A stretch of 64,000 nucleotides of DNA, from the NCBI RefSeq assembly GCF_018977255.1, contig NW_024704742.1, positions 137,022,001 through 137,086,000 of the forward strand. The letters are read 5' to 3'. The position numbers and the translations under genes were made by a program. The DNA comes from Callorhinchus milii. Lineage: Eukaryota. Shown piece by piece: positions 1 through 13,370 of this stretch (its first letter is position 1; each line of letters opens with the position of its first letter). The notes beneath the pieces are model-generated. The model was not told the origin of the DNA and ran no database searches. It saw only the letters and a program-made list of their open reading frames with translations.

Positions 1-540
1 CATCTGTATCAAGCACTTTATTGTAGTGTATTTCAGAATTTCTGTGCAGTGACACATTGAAACGTTACCACAAAGTTTATCAACGGTGATTACAAAGAAG
101 TAGTAGTTGGTATATAATAAGAGACATGTAATTACTTGCTCTGACAGATGTAACATATTTCACTGCAAAAATTGCAAGTGCAGTACGGGTGCATCCATTT
201 TAAAATAGAAGGAGTCTTCTTGCAAAGCTTTCCTGTGCGTTTTGGATATATACACTGCATTCACGTGGGCTGTTCGCCTACAAAAAACACAGTCCCTACA
301 TTTTACAATAGATTCTGTGAAGCGCTTTGAGGTGTCCCCCAAACATAAAAGGTGAAATGTAAATGTAAAGATTATTTAAATTGGCAGGTCATCCCCAACT
401 CCCAAGTGGCAGAGAAAAGGAAACAAGGAATTTATTTTAGGCAGTTATTTTTTCATTTACATATTAGTTTGTAAAGATATCATTATGTTCGTGGATTAAC
501 ATGTCTGGTAATTTTATATCCATGTCACTCTACCTGTGCG

Positions 541-544
<4 letters not shown>

Positions 545-578
<34 letters not shown>
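545..578. repeat. (TC)n microsatellite
   Basis: About 17 perfect TC units. Confidence 0.95.
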
Positions 579-582
<4 letters not shown>

Positions 583-681
583 ACTGATGTATGGTTTTGC
601 AGCTACTCTGCACCACCTTTCCCAAGTGGATTATGATTTGTAAGCATTTCTGAGTATGAGGTTATGTGTAACATCTCAGTT

Positions 682-1124
682 CATAGAATCGTACAGCACA
701 AAACGAGGCCATTCGGCCCATCAAGTTTGTGCCAGCTCTTTGATTAGTGCAATTAATGTCAATCCCACTCCCCAGCCCTTTCCCCATAACCCTGCGAACC
801 CGTCCTCCTCAAATACCCGCCCACCGCGTTTTTAAAAGTAGTTATCGAATCGGCCTCGACCACCTTTCCAGATTCGAACAACTCGCTGTGTGGAAAAATT
901 TCTTCTCCCCTCCCCTCTGCTTCTTTTGGAGACCATTTTGAATCTGTGACCTCGAGTCACCGACACACCCACTAGTAGGAACAGCTTTTCCTTTCTAACC
1001 TATCAAATCCCCTCATGATTTTGAAGACCTCTATTAGGTCCTCGTAACCTTCTCTGCTCCAATGAGGATAATCCCGGCCTCTCTCACCGTTCCTCATAAT
1101 CAAGGTCCCTCATTCCTGATACCA
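682..1124 (-). mobile_element. CR1-clade LINE 3' fragment
   Basis: Starts catagaatcgtacagcac...aggccattcggccc, the reverse complement of a CR1-type 3' end, followed by ORF2-end-like sequence. Confidence 0.75.
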
Positions 1125-1146
1125 GCAAAAATTGCAAGTGAGTTAT

Positions 1147-1450
1147 ATAATAATCCTTGCATTTGATATAGCGCTTTTCAGGTCTTCTAGATGTCCCAAA
1201 GCACTTCACAAAATATACTGTGGAGTGAATTGACTGTATATTTTGTTGGAGAAACGCTGCAGCCAATTGTGCACAGCACTGTTCCACAAACAGTCCTGAT
1301 TGAAGTGACTTAATTTATTATTTTTTTCTTGAGGGATTATTATCAGGCATGTGGAATAAGGAAACTTGACCAAGGTTTCGCCCTGCCAGGAATCAAACCG
1401 AGGTCTCTTGCCTTGAGGCGAGTGCTCTAACCACTGAGCTACAGGACTCC
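1147..1450 (-). mobile_element. tRNA-headed SINE family A (Deu-like core, L2-like tail), full length
   Basis: Reverse complement of ggagtcctgtagctcagtggttagagcactcgcct (A/B-box head) ... gctgtgcacaattggctgc ... agcgctatatcaaatgcaagg(att)n. Confidence 0.9.
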
Positions 1451-2091
1451 ATGGGAGTTCAGTTTTTTGGCTGAGACATCGTTGGTCTCGGAATTAAAGC
1501 TTTGAATTTGATTGAACATCGGAGATGGTTTATTTTTCAAAATTAATTGATCACTGTTCCTAGCAAAGAAACCTGATATGTTTTATAGACCAAGATTATT
1601 CCAGTGTTGTACAGAAACAATCTATATATATATATATATGATTCTTGATGTTTTGGAATTCTAGTGTTTGAGAAACATAGTTACACTACGTTTTGTTGAC
1701 TCCTCCAAGGATAGGTGCTATGGTTGTGGCATTTATCAAAGAAGAAACTGAATTTGGATACTAATTCACTGCTGCAGTGCTTTCTTCATCCCTTTGGCTA
1801 TTCATAAGCAAGCTCTGATTTTTTCGCTCAAGATATTGTGTGAAATTGGCATGTGGTGCATTTGATGGTGTAATGTTTCATCTTTCAGTAGATGTGCAAT
1901 TACTAACTTGGGTAGGAGGGAGTTCTATCAGTAATGTATTACAAATGGTACAATTCAATAATTTTTCTGTATTTTGACTGTTACTAATGTTATTGTTACA
2001 GCTACAGGTGTAGGGAAAATACAAGGAATAGAGACGCAAGTTTATGCAACCTGAACTCATAATTTAACGCTTTAAGATCTGGTATCATTTT

Positions 2092-3088
2092 GGTAAATCT
2101 ACACCGCACCCCCTCCAGAGCCAATATATCCTTCCTGAGGTGCAGTGCCCAAACTAAACACAGTACTCCAGATGGGGTCTGACCAAGGCTCTAATACAGT
2201 TGAAGCATAATTTCGTCTCCTTTATATTCTTCGAGATAAAGACCAACATCGGATTAGCCATTTTTGTATCTGTGAGCTTTTTTTTAGTTATTTGTGCATG
2301 AGGACTCTCTCCCACAGTTCTTAGTTTCTCAATATTTAGAAAATATTCTGTTTTGCTATTTTTGGATATAGAGTGGATAACCTCACACTTCCCAACATTG
2401 AATTCCATCTGCCACAGTTTTGCCACTCACTTAATCTGTCTAAATCTCTTTGTAACTTCCTTCTTCCATCTACACAATTTACTGTGCCTTCTTAACTTTG
2501 TCATCTGCAAATTTTTATATAAACCTCTATTCCTTCATCCAAATCATTTATTTATATGTATATATATATGTGTATGTGTGTGGTGAAAAGCTGAGGCCCA
2601 ATACAGCCCTGGGGACACCACTTGTCACGTCCCACCAATCAGAGAATGTTCTCCTTATCCCTACTCTCTGTTATCTGCCTTCCACCCAATTATCAAGCCT
2701 TGTTACCTCCGATTCCATGCGCTTTCATTTTTGCTAATAGGGGGGCAGAACCTTTTCGAATGCCTTCTGAAAGTCCATATAGACAACATCCATAGATAAT
2801 AATAATTTGGTCACTCAATCCACAACTGTGGGACACTGCAGTGCGCAATTGGCTGCTGCGTTTCACCTACAAAATATACAATCAATTCACTCAATGGTAT
2901 ATTCTGTGAAGTGTTTTTAGGCATCTCGAAGTCGTGATAAGGCACACATTATTATTATAGACACTCTCTTATCCACCATGCTAATGACCTCCTCGAAAAA
3001 TTAAATTAGATTCTTCAGACATGACCTACCCTTCAATAATCCATGCTGACTCTCTTTAATTAGCTGATACTTGTCTAGTTACTAGTTA
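2092..3088 (-). mobile_element. Decayed CR1 ORF2 (RT region) interrupted by a + strand SINE-A tail at about 2796-2958
   Basis: ORF 2154..2426 contains WQMEFNVGKCEVIH and ALVRPHLEYCV, typical CR1 ORF2 motifs; frameshifted. Confidence 0.85.
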
Positions 3089-3197
3089 CTAAATATGTTG
3101 TCTGGGATATGTGGTTATGTGAGCTAGATTAGTGCTGCATATTTCCTTGAAGTAGTACAGTGATTTTCTGGTCTCTGCTCATTCCTCCCTCTGATTG

Positions 3198-3522
3198 ATA
3201 ATAATAATAATAATCCTTGCATTTGATATAGCGCTTTTCACGTCGGGAGGACGTCCCAAAGCGCTTCACAGAATAGACTATAAAGTGAATTGACTGTATA
3301 TTTGTGGGCGAACGCGGCAGCCAATTGCGCACAGCAATGTCCCACAAACAGTTGTAGATTGAAAATGACCAATTTATTATTGGTTTTGGTTTTGGAGGGA
3401 TTATTATTAGGCTCTGTGTGGAGTAAGGAAACTTGCCCAAGGTTTCGCCCTCTGCCTGGAATTGAACTCAGGTCTCTCACTTGCAAAGCGAGTGCTCTAA
3501 CCACTGAGCTACAGGACTCCAC
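3198..3522 (-). mobile_element. SINE family A, full length
   Basis: Same head, core and tail as 1147-1450; (TAA)n tail. Confidence 0.9.
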
Positions 3523-3847
3523 GATGGACATCAGTACTGTGATTGTCTTCCAGAATCCAAGTACTACATAAGTTCTAGATGTCATTTAGGCAATATTTGC
3601 TGAGGGCTGAGATATGAGACTTACTTGAAGATTTGAGGCGCTGAATGGAATTGTTACTCTTAAGTTCTTTAGATGCTCAATTTTGATGCCTTGGTGACTC
3701 ATTATTACTTGCAGATTTTTATGTGTTGTATTATGACTTGTTAGGGAAAGCCCAAAAAGGATCGACTTACTTCCTTATAATTAAATCCTTTTGCTGTTTA
3801 GCCTGTGGGTATAAAGAGCTTATTCTATTCACTGCTGACCTGTAAAT

Positions 3848-4242
3848 TTTATAATTCTTGCATTTGATATTGTGCCTTTCATGTTGGGATGTCGCCCCGA
3901 AAAGCGCTTCACAGGATTTAGTATCAAGCGTAGTGTGGCAGCTAATTTGCGCACAGGTAATATCCCACAAAAGCCATGATTGACCAATTGTATCTGTTGG
4001 CCAGGCCACTGGGGAGAAACTCTTCTCTTTTTGAGTAGTATCACAGGATCTTTAACATCCACCTGAACAGACAAATGGGACCCCATTGTTGCATTTCATC
4101 TAAAGTATGGCTATGGAAATGCAGCACATCCCTAGCACAACATTGGAATCCAGCCTAGACTTGAGTTCAAAGTCTGTGGGGCTTAAACCCACAACCACCC
4201 GACTCAGAGGTGAGAGTGCTACAAACAGAACCATACTAACGT
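3848..4242 (-). mobile_element. SINE family B (SacSINE1/AmnSINE-like Deu-domain SINE)
   Basis: Reverse complement of ctgttcaggtggatgttaaagatcc...gaagagtttctcc...ctggccaaca core, with a different tRNA-like head. Related copies at about 23180-23450 (+), 24110-24590 (+), 29745-29930 (+), 36560-36955 (-), 55125-55430 (+). Confidence 0.75.
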
Positions 4243-7141
4243 CAAAATGTCTGAAGGATGTGATAAGTTTTATGCATAGGCATAATTCAGAATTCAGCTT
4301 TGAACTTAATGGGAATTATTTTATCTCTTTTACAACCTTGTACATTATACATTTCTAAATTTCAAATACTTTTATCAATTTGGTGCGAGATGCAGAGGAA
4401 GTTCCACAGGTTAGGGGTACAGGAACTGAAGGTTCTACCACTGATTATGGTGTGGAGATGGTGCCAAGACACACAGAAAGTCTGATTTAGCCGAGCGCAA
4501 GGGCCATTGAAGTAGAGGTTAGAAGATCAGAGGTGCCAAGGTGCGGTTGCGTTTGTGGGCGAAGACCTTGACATTGGAAGGAGATACAAAATTACATTTG
4601 TATAGTGCCTTTCACATCGGGAGGAGTCCCAAGGTGCAGGAAAGGATGGAGTGCAGGCTGGGTGAGAATGTGGGTGATGGAGATTTGGTGAGTTGCAGTT
4701 TGTGGAGTTTGTGTAATGTGCTAGGGAGATCAGAGAGGAGTGCATGAGAAAAATTGAAATGGGAAGTAATAGAAAGTGAATGAGTGTGTTGGATGCGAGA
4801 TAAGTTAGAGGTGCAAGAACCTGGTCTTGTAAGGGGGAAAGGAAAAGAAAGTTGTGGATCAAACTGGGTGCCAAGTTTATGCACTGGTTCTTTGAGTTTG
4901 AGAGTTATTGGAGGAGGCCGAGGAGGATGACTTCTGTCTTGCCCATATATTGAATTGGAATTACAACTCTACAATATTGTAACATTGGACAGAATTTTTA
5001 TACAACAACAACTTAGATTTATAGCACACAGGCAGAGTCTCGGAGTGCCAGAAATGCTGGCTTTGGAGGTGCAACAAAAACTGCTGTTTTGTGTAGAGCT
5101 ATAAGCAATTTACCATTCGCATACAACAGTAGTCTGACTCAGATTCACATGCACAAATATTCTGTTTTTTAAAGTTTCTATTTCAAGGTAAATTTTATCA
5201 TAAGTATCTTCAATATTGCGGAATGGGAATATTCCAGTTAAGGTAATGGCATATGCACCAAGCAGATTAAACCCTTATGAAAATATTGAAAGGAACCCCA
5301 ACGCCCTTTTATGAAATAGATGGCAAAATGTTATCTAAATTTCTTGAAAATTGCTAACTCATGATGAGTGACTCCAAAATTCTTGTAAATTTCTTGAGGA
5401 AAAAGGTCTTCTAAAGTCTTATAACAGTAAGCCATTTACTCAGAAAATAGTGAAGTTAACCTGCTAGCAGATTTGTTCAGCTAGGAAAATATTTTGAAAG
5501 CCACAGGATTCCATCCCTCACTAATGTTGACCTCCTCAGGTTGAATCCTTAAACTCCCTGCATTACATTATGTTTGAAACATATTCTCAACCTGTCCTAG
5601 ATTAAGTTAATTTTCTAAAAGTATTAATGTGATGCATTACCTCAGATTATACAAAGTGTAATTTGTTGTTATCATAGCAGTAATATGCATTTGAACTGGT
5701 TTTCTCTGGAAGTTGTTTGAGGTTTGTGAGGTTTAAATGCAAGTTGAAAGTGTGTTATGTACTTTTACAGGAGCTAAGAATAGTTTGTGGTCCAGTTACC
5801 TTGTGTCGTGTATTGGGGCAGATGTACTGTGTTTCTCTTTGGCCTCATTTCCCCTATTTCTCACTTCCTCCCCCCACCCCAATCAAGGTCTAATATTCAA
5901 ATCACTATTGCTTTTTTGTGGGGATGTTCATAAGACCTATTTTATGGAAGGAAATTATAGATGCCCTACATTTAGAATCCTCTTGGATATACGTGATTGT
6001 GCGCTGTATATAATTCACATTCCTGAAGGATTGAGTCATAAAGGGATGTTTGCCGAAAGAGGGCAGAAGGTAAATTTGTTTTTCTGGTAAGTAATGTGAG
6101 GTTACTTGCATTAAAATATTAGTTTAAGCTTACTGCTATTTTACAAATTTTTAAAAAATTAGCTTAAGTTATTTAACTTTATTTCTTTGTTTGTTTAACC
6201 CCCTTCTCCCCCCCCCCCCCCGACCCTGGCTCGGGTCTGAAATGCTGTACACTGTCCAGCGCCGTGGGACGTCCTCCCCTGTAATCTTGTTGTCATTAAC
6301 ACATATTCAGCTACTGTACGCTTTGGTTCGCAATGTAGTTTAATGCTGGAAGATCCTTTGTTACTTACTTGTGGCTAAGCTTGAAGTAGAAAAAAAATGC
6401 AGAAATGTGCTGTATAAATATAAAATTCATGAAAACTAGCTGCCATATCTTATTCTGTATTTTAATTGTAAAAAAAACTGCAATTTTGCATAACTTTCAT
6501 TTTTTCTGTGCATAATTCTGTGGGGATGTTTGAAGGGGTGAAATTATTTTTAAATCTTTTTTGGGAACTGGGTTTGAGTGTTGTATCTGGAATTGATATT
6601 ACCACTCTAATTTTTCTGCTTTTCACCTCTTCTGAAGACATTTGACTTTTGCTTTCTATTGGGAGTGAATGTTGGAGGTTGGCTGACAAGCAGAGGGGGA
6701 AAGGGATAGAGATTACACCCAAGTTTAGCTTTCGTGCACCGCTTCCCAATCCTTTCCTCTGTAAAATGTAGATTATTCAGAACTCTGCTCATGTCGTCTC
6801 ACACACTAAATTCCGTGAGCTGATCTCCCCATTCTCGCCTGGCTTCATTGTCTCCCCATCCCCCGGAGGATAGAGTTCAAGAGGGGGAATGGGACTCTTC
6901 AAATTTATTTGTCCACAAGTAGGGTAATAGTGGAAACAAAGTGCACATGCTTGTTTTTCACTTGACAGATTTTGCAGGAAGAGCGAGAGATAAGTACCAT
7001 CTCACAGTCATTGTGCTGATCAGTAGCATAAATCAAAGCATGAGTTTCTAACTTGGTAATGGTTGAGCAGCAGTATACAGTAGTACAGTATATAATTATT
7101 CAGATTATACCGTAATTGAAGGTGAGACTGCAGATGGTTTT

Positions 7142-7340
7142 CATAAGAACATAAGAATTAGGAGCAGGAGTAGGCCATTCGGCCCCTCGAACCTGCCCTG
7201 CCATTCAATAAGATCACGGCTAATCTATTCTAACTCCACCTACCCGCCTTATCCCCATATCCCTTAATCCCATTATCCACAAGAAATCTATCAATCTCAG
7301 TTTTGAATATGTTCAACGACTCAGCATCTACAGCTCTTTG
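7142..7340 (-). mobile_element. CR1 LINE 3' end
   Basis: cataagaacataagaattaggagcaggagtaggccattcggccc: short-repeat tail plus terminal hairpin region. Confidence 0.85.
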
Positions 7341-10300
7341 TTTTTTCAAATTACAATGTCCTAGATTGGACTAATGTAATTGTTCATCGTTTAACCTAGG
7401 TTTAAGGCTATCTACACTGACTTATTAGCTTCTGACTGTTAAGTCCCTAGCAAGTCATCTATACTGGAATTCATAATTTTGCAGCTAGTTTATTTCTATC
7501 CACATTGCGTCTTGAAGGTGATGCAGCTGAATGTTTTGCTGTAGGCATGATTCAGCATGATAATCCTAGGAGAATAACCAAGCTATCAGTGTCAAATTCC
7601 ATGTAATCCTTGTATTAACTTTTGGAAAGGAGTCGTAATGGAGACTGCTTTCCACCTTTGGTTCCGAAGGCAAGGTTTCCACTTATTCCATTTGGTTGAA
7701 CAATTCTGGAAAGATTAGCTAATTTACTACGTTTTCTCCAGCTATTTTTCCACCTGCTCTCTTCGAAAAGATTCTGGGCATCTTTTTCCTTCTTCTTCAG
7801 TACCTCACCCAAGCTACCATTATTCATACATAGATGTTTATAATATTCCTTACATTTGATGGAGCGTGATAATGTAGTGAATACCTGTTTTTGGTAATGG
7901 TTATCATATCGAATATCCCGTTATAGGGGAAGGATGTGGGGTCTCCTTGGAGCAGAACTGGCTTACATGTTTAGCAATGAAATGTCAGAATCGAATCCAC
8001 CTTCTGCTGGTCTCAATAATTCCAGGCAGGTACGCAGTAATCAGCAAGTCTTGGGAATTAAGTGGGATGCTTGGAACTCTATTTGGTTTGGATACTCTTA
8101 AGCATGTATCAGACACCCGGCTGATCNAAAAAAATCATGCTAAACCCACTCCTGTCTTTGCCCAAAGTCCATGCATATGCCCCATAGCAGGGGTTCTCTG
8201 GACAGTGCTGGCTAACATTTTCTCTCCCTCTCCCAAAAGATCAATTCTCAGGCTTTAAACGTTCTGGCCTAACCACATTTTGAATACTTTACATAGTTCT
8301 AGTTGCTGCCACATAGTAGTACAGAGGGGGAGAACAGTATTAGGTGGCTGAGCTATAATGCATTGAAAAGAGATGCTTTGGAAGAGACTAAATATTGTTA
8401 TGTTAAATTGAATAAATATAGGACAATATATTCAGATGTGCCAAGAAGACAAGCGGACACAGTTGTGAAGAGCAATTTTTACACAGGGTAATCAATTGGT
8501 CAGTTACCAGGAAAATTGCTTGAGCCCAGGATCCTGGAACTAATTTTTTAGAAACTATTCATGCTGTAATGGGAAGATGGCCAGGTAGATACTCTGGATA
8601 AGATCAAAAACCCTTCTTCAGGTTTCGTCCAAACCTCTCTTGTGAACCTAATTATTATCTGAAATGGAAACAGCTAACTCAGCATAGGCCAGCAATCTAA
8701 CTTTCCAAACTGTGTGGACTATCACTTTTACCCATTAAGCTCAGAGCACTGAAACATTGCGAAATATTCTCTTAGGACAGGAACTGCTCATATGTATGCA
8801 TGAACATGTAATATGGCTAAGTTTGAAACAACTTTGTGGATTAGTACAGTAAACAGGGCTGCAATTCTGCAGGCTTGTGCTGCACGTGTATAAAACTGTA
8901 TAGCAGATATCTTTATTAAGCCCTTGAGAATGCCTTGCATTGCATTTGCTTGTGTTACCTATTGCACTGACATGTCTAGATTGACTATGTAATAAGGTGT
9001 TCTATCAAATGAAAGAATTATTATTTATTTAAAACCCAAATAGAGTGGTGTGATTCTAGCTCTATGTGAGTGGCACTTTAAAAGTTCTCATGCTGCCCAA
9101 GAAGACAGGACCAGCAAGGACCATTAAAGCTCACCCGGCTTGTCCCAGTTTTTTTTTAAATTGTAGCTAGTTTACGACTATACCTGTTGTGCCCTTCAGT
9201 TAATTTCTTAAACAACTATCACATTTATTCCTTAATTTATTGTATAATTCAGGCTTCCTCCACTTGATTTTGCAGCTGGAAGCAAAGTTGTTTTGTTTCC
9301 AGCAGGTTAAAATTGACGTTTGTCAAGGATACTTTTATCAAGCTGGGATGGAGCATAAGGTGGTAAACAAAACTGTTTTTGCCTTTTATTTAGTGCTGTG
9401 GAGTACAGCAAATGTTGGTAATTTAATATCTCAACCACGATTGATACTTCTGGTCAAATTTTTAACACTTCTATTTGTTGGAAGAGGGTATACTTTTAAA
9501 GTATCTTATTCTTCCATTGACATTAACAAATTAGATTTATTAAGAACATAAATAACTGAATGCAAATAGCATCAGGAATAACTGGAAACTTTCATTCCTA
9601 TATATTGGATATCAATTGGAGTACAGTGGAGTATAGTATTGCAGGACAAGGCTAACGGATTTGACATTGTTCAGATGCCTAAAGCAGGGAGTGCCTTACA
9701 GGCTACAGTTCACTTCTTAGAATCACATACCTGAACAAATATTTTGATGATAAAATGTGAAATAGCTTGTTTTCTGTAGTTTGTACCTCAAGTTACATGT
9801 GCAGGCAAATTTCAGGTGGGATATTAACAACAAGATTATTAACAACGACAACTTGCATTTATATAGCTCCCTTCAGGCTGGACGGGGTCTTGGAGCGCTT
9901 AGTCTATATTAGTCTATAACGTGTAATGGGTATGTTGTCCAGATGTTAAATCATTCATTTTATATAACTGGTCTTCAAGATATTTTATCCTTTTAACCTA
10001 CTGCTAATCCTGGTGTTGTCCATTTGTGCACACTTTCCGACAGATGTAATTGGATCATTATCTGGGTGGCTGATTTTTTTTACCCAGCACTAACCAGGGA
10101 CATTGAGCTCAATTGTAATGCTAACAATCACCTAATTAAATGCAGACCATGGATTGAAATTTAAACTGTTGGGACTTCTGTTTAGTTTCACATTGAGGTT
10201 TACCAACTGAGTGATGTTGGGAGCGTGCAGTCTTTTAAATGTTCACGAATGTCAGTTATTGTCCTAGATTCAACTATAATTAAGGAAACTGGACAACTCC

Positions 10301-10847
10301 TTATGCCCCCACCCCCACCCCAACCTATGGTCCCAGAATTATCAACTCAGTTTTCGAGATTGTGGATTATGTTTCCCACAATGAAGATTTGTTGTTGGCC
10401 ACCTATATTGATTTGCATTTTCATAATTTATGATATGTCAAAGTGCTTGACATATTACCATCAACTTTATAACTGTTTTTGTGAGTAACCTTGGCAGCTA
10501 TTTTTGATGAACAGATTCCACAAATAGATTGCTAAAAGATTGTTGAACACGGCTCCAGGAAAAAAAATTTTTTAAGCATCTTTTAATATCCACCTGATTA
10601 GGCAAATGAGAGCTCAATTTAATGACTTTACCAAAAAATAAGAATCTTTGCATTTGATATAGTGCCTTTCACATTGGTTGGGCGTCTTCATGGCACTTCA
10701 CAGGATGTACTGTAAAATATAGTGACTATAGGAATAAGTATATTTCACACTCTTTTGGTTCACTAACTTGGTTTATGGTATACAGTATTTGACTGATTTT
10801 TAGACCAAACATAAGAAGTTTTTTTTATATTTAGATGTATATTTTTA

Positions 10848-11707
10848 TCTTCTACACTAATAAAATGACAATGGCTGTGTGTATATCTTACTAAAGATCT
10901 TACTAACCGATTAACGTAGAGACGTCTGGGAGTGTCATGGGCATATTTGTTTTCAGGGATATCCTATTGTTGATGAGTTCTGACCTAAACAAACTCATCA
11001 CACATGAATGGCAGTTTTGTGTTTTGCGCTGCAGTTACACCTAGTGGCCATGCGGACTCACAGTGGCGTCATGACATCATGTGTCACAGAGCAAGTACGT
11101 ACGCACGCACTCAGGCGAAGCCTGGCAGTGGTGAGGTGGAAGTTACCTCAAGTGGCGTTGCCTTTCAGGTGCTTTTCCTGTTGCTCCTGACCAGATCCAG
11201 CCCTTTCGCATTGAGTTGAGGAAGAACGTCTTCACTCAAAGGGTGGTGAATGTATAGAACTCACTACCCCAAAGGGCTGTTGACGCTCAGTCCTTGAACA
11301 TATTCAAGACTGAGATAGATAGATTTCTTATTGCAAAAGGGATTAAGGGATATGGGGATAAGTCAGGGTCAGTTATTAGCTGGAGTTAGATTAGAAGATC
11401 AGCCATGATTGAATGGCGGGGCAGGCTTGAAGGGCCGAATGGCCTACTCCTGCTCCTATATGTTATGTTATGGGTGACGGTTGCTCGGTAAGGCCGCGGG
11501 GTTTCTGGTGAAGGGTGAAGCCGGGCCCTTGAGTTGTGGCCTCACTCGGGGCTGGGGTTTACCCTTTCCTCTTATTTATACAACTTTATATAATAATTAT
11601 CTATACTAATAAAGAAGAAATGTCTGTCTATGTATCTGTCTGTGGGTCAATCTACATTCCAAATTGGATCCTTTGGGTGCAAGCGAAGCTGCAATGGGTA
11701 CAGCTAG
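10848..11707 (+). mobile_element. Candidate composite non-autonomous Helitron-like element (copy 1), containing a CR1 insertion
   Basis: A|TC start at 10848, second A|TCTATACTAATAAA start at 11600, (TGTC)n-like tract, hairpin TGCAAGCGAAGCTGCA (11678-11693), CTAG|T end at 11707; homologous to 39349-40074. Confidence 0.55.
11190..11472 (+). mobile_element. Relatively young CR1 3' end
   Basis: Ends gccgaatggcctactcctgctccta(tatgt)n; close match to the reverse complement of 15718-16010. Confidence 0.88.
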
Positions 11708-13029
11708 TATATAATTTAGCAGTAATGTTCAGAAAAATTTGTGGTTAATACTATGCTCAAGTATGCAGTACTAGGGGTTCTGAATTGTTGGAGATATATC
11801 ACAAAATGGGAATGTACAGAACTAGCAAAGATCTTTGCTGGTTCCAAAGTTTATATTAAAACAAATCTTTGCTTGACTTCCCTTCATGCAAGGTACGATT
11901 GCCAATTAGGGCTACAGACTCAAATAATACAGGTTGGTAGTCCTCCAAAATGTGTATGTTTCTGTACAGAATACTTCTTGTGAACTCTGGCAGGCTAAAA
12001 AAAATTACTGATTGGTTTCAGTTCTTGTTATACTGAAAATATTGCAGTATGTGTGCAATAGTCTTATTCATTTTTAGGAACCCAAGTCTGTAGGAAGGGA
12101 AAGAAAGTACCTATTGGAAAGTGGTATCTAAACTGCACAAATCAGGGTGTTTAATGTTTCACCTGTAGGTTTGTCATGTAACTCCTATTCCAGATTAGTG
12201 ACCTACATACTTTCTTCAAAGAGATCTAGCATTTGTTGCTGTTATCAGTTTGGTAATCAGATTAATAGTTTGATTATTACATTCTTTGTTTTTTTAAAAA
12301 AAGATCCTGTGAAAATGTGCATTCAAGTTCTTAAATAAAATATAATTTGTGCATACTAAAATTTGTTGGCCAAAATTATGCAGTGTTTGAAGAACCAGTT
12401 TTGTTTGTTCGCACCTCCTCAAATCCACATCAAAGTTTTTCTGTTTTGAGTGAAGGATCAAGGTCTATAGTAGAGAATACCACTAAGGTTGAGAAGAGCA
12501 GTACAAAGAATGAGATTAATTAACATGTGTTTTGTTTAAATGAGATAAATTATTTCAAGCTTTAAAATCTTGTAATAGAAAGAATGAGTGAGGTTTAGGA
12601 TCCATTTTTGAAAGAATATTAAAACAAAATTCAATTGAATCAGCCTTGGAATGAGATTTAATCTGACTTGATAATTGTTTAAATAGGAAGAGGAAAGCTT
12701 GTTGTGAGTTCAGGAATGGAATGAGTAATTTTAGATGATTGTGCAATATAGATAAAGTACAGAAACGGGCCATTCGACCCATTAACTGTTAGTGTTTTCC
12801 ACCACAAAGACAAAAGATAATCTACTTCCTATCCATTTGATTGTTTGCCAAATGACTATCAGATTTGCTGACATCACCTGACTCCGCTGCCTTCTGGGTC
12901 AGATATATGCATCTGACCTGCTGCACCTGACCTAGGGAGTTCAAGTTAATGGTGGATGTTAAAGATAAATGAGGAAATTATTGAATTTCTCATGAGTAAC
13001 ATTCATCAATTTGAGGACCTCATTCTCAC

Positions 13030-13370
13030 CTTTTCTTTGGTCAGCCGGGTGTCTGCCACATACCCATCACTATGTTTAAGAATATCCAAATTAAACAGAG
13101 AATTTTATGCATCCACCCATACATGGAAATTCCACACAAACATGGATGGATTGTTGGAATGGAATGTGCACTCTCCCTGGAGGGACACATCATGCTCATC
13201 TAATTCCAGACAGTATTAGGCTCAGGTTGCAAGAGCTAAGGCTTGAGGACCCCAGAGTGTGTGTTAGCGGTAACTGCTGGGAGTCTAACCAGCTAAAACC
13301 ACATAGGTTGCCATTGATATCGCTGTCTGGCAAACTCTCCTGTGGCTGTACCACCCTACCCATTAGGGCT
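13030..13370 (+). repeat. Unclassified dispersed repeat (copy 1 of about 4)
   Basis: Core tggaatgtgcactctccctggagggac...agtattagg...aaggcttg.ggaccccaga...gagtctaaccag...accaccctacccat shared with about 22500-22580, 58105-58325 and 60290-60490. Confidence 0.7.

Noticed and set aside
165..1140. 16-bp direct repeat GCAAAAATTGCAAGTG (165-180 and 1125-1140) as a target-site duplication
   Set aside because: The right copy abuts the truncated CR1 5' end, but the left copy is about 500 bp from the CR1 tail, so they do not bound one element; unexplained and possibly chance.
11036..11050. CTCF-like motifs inside the Helitron-like copies (also about 39816-39830)
   Set aside because: Mismatches at core positions in both orientations.
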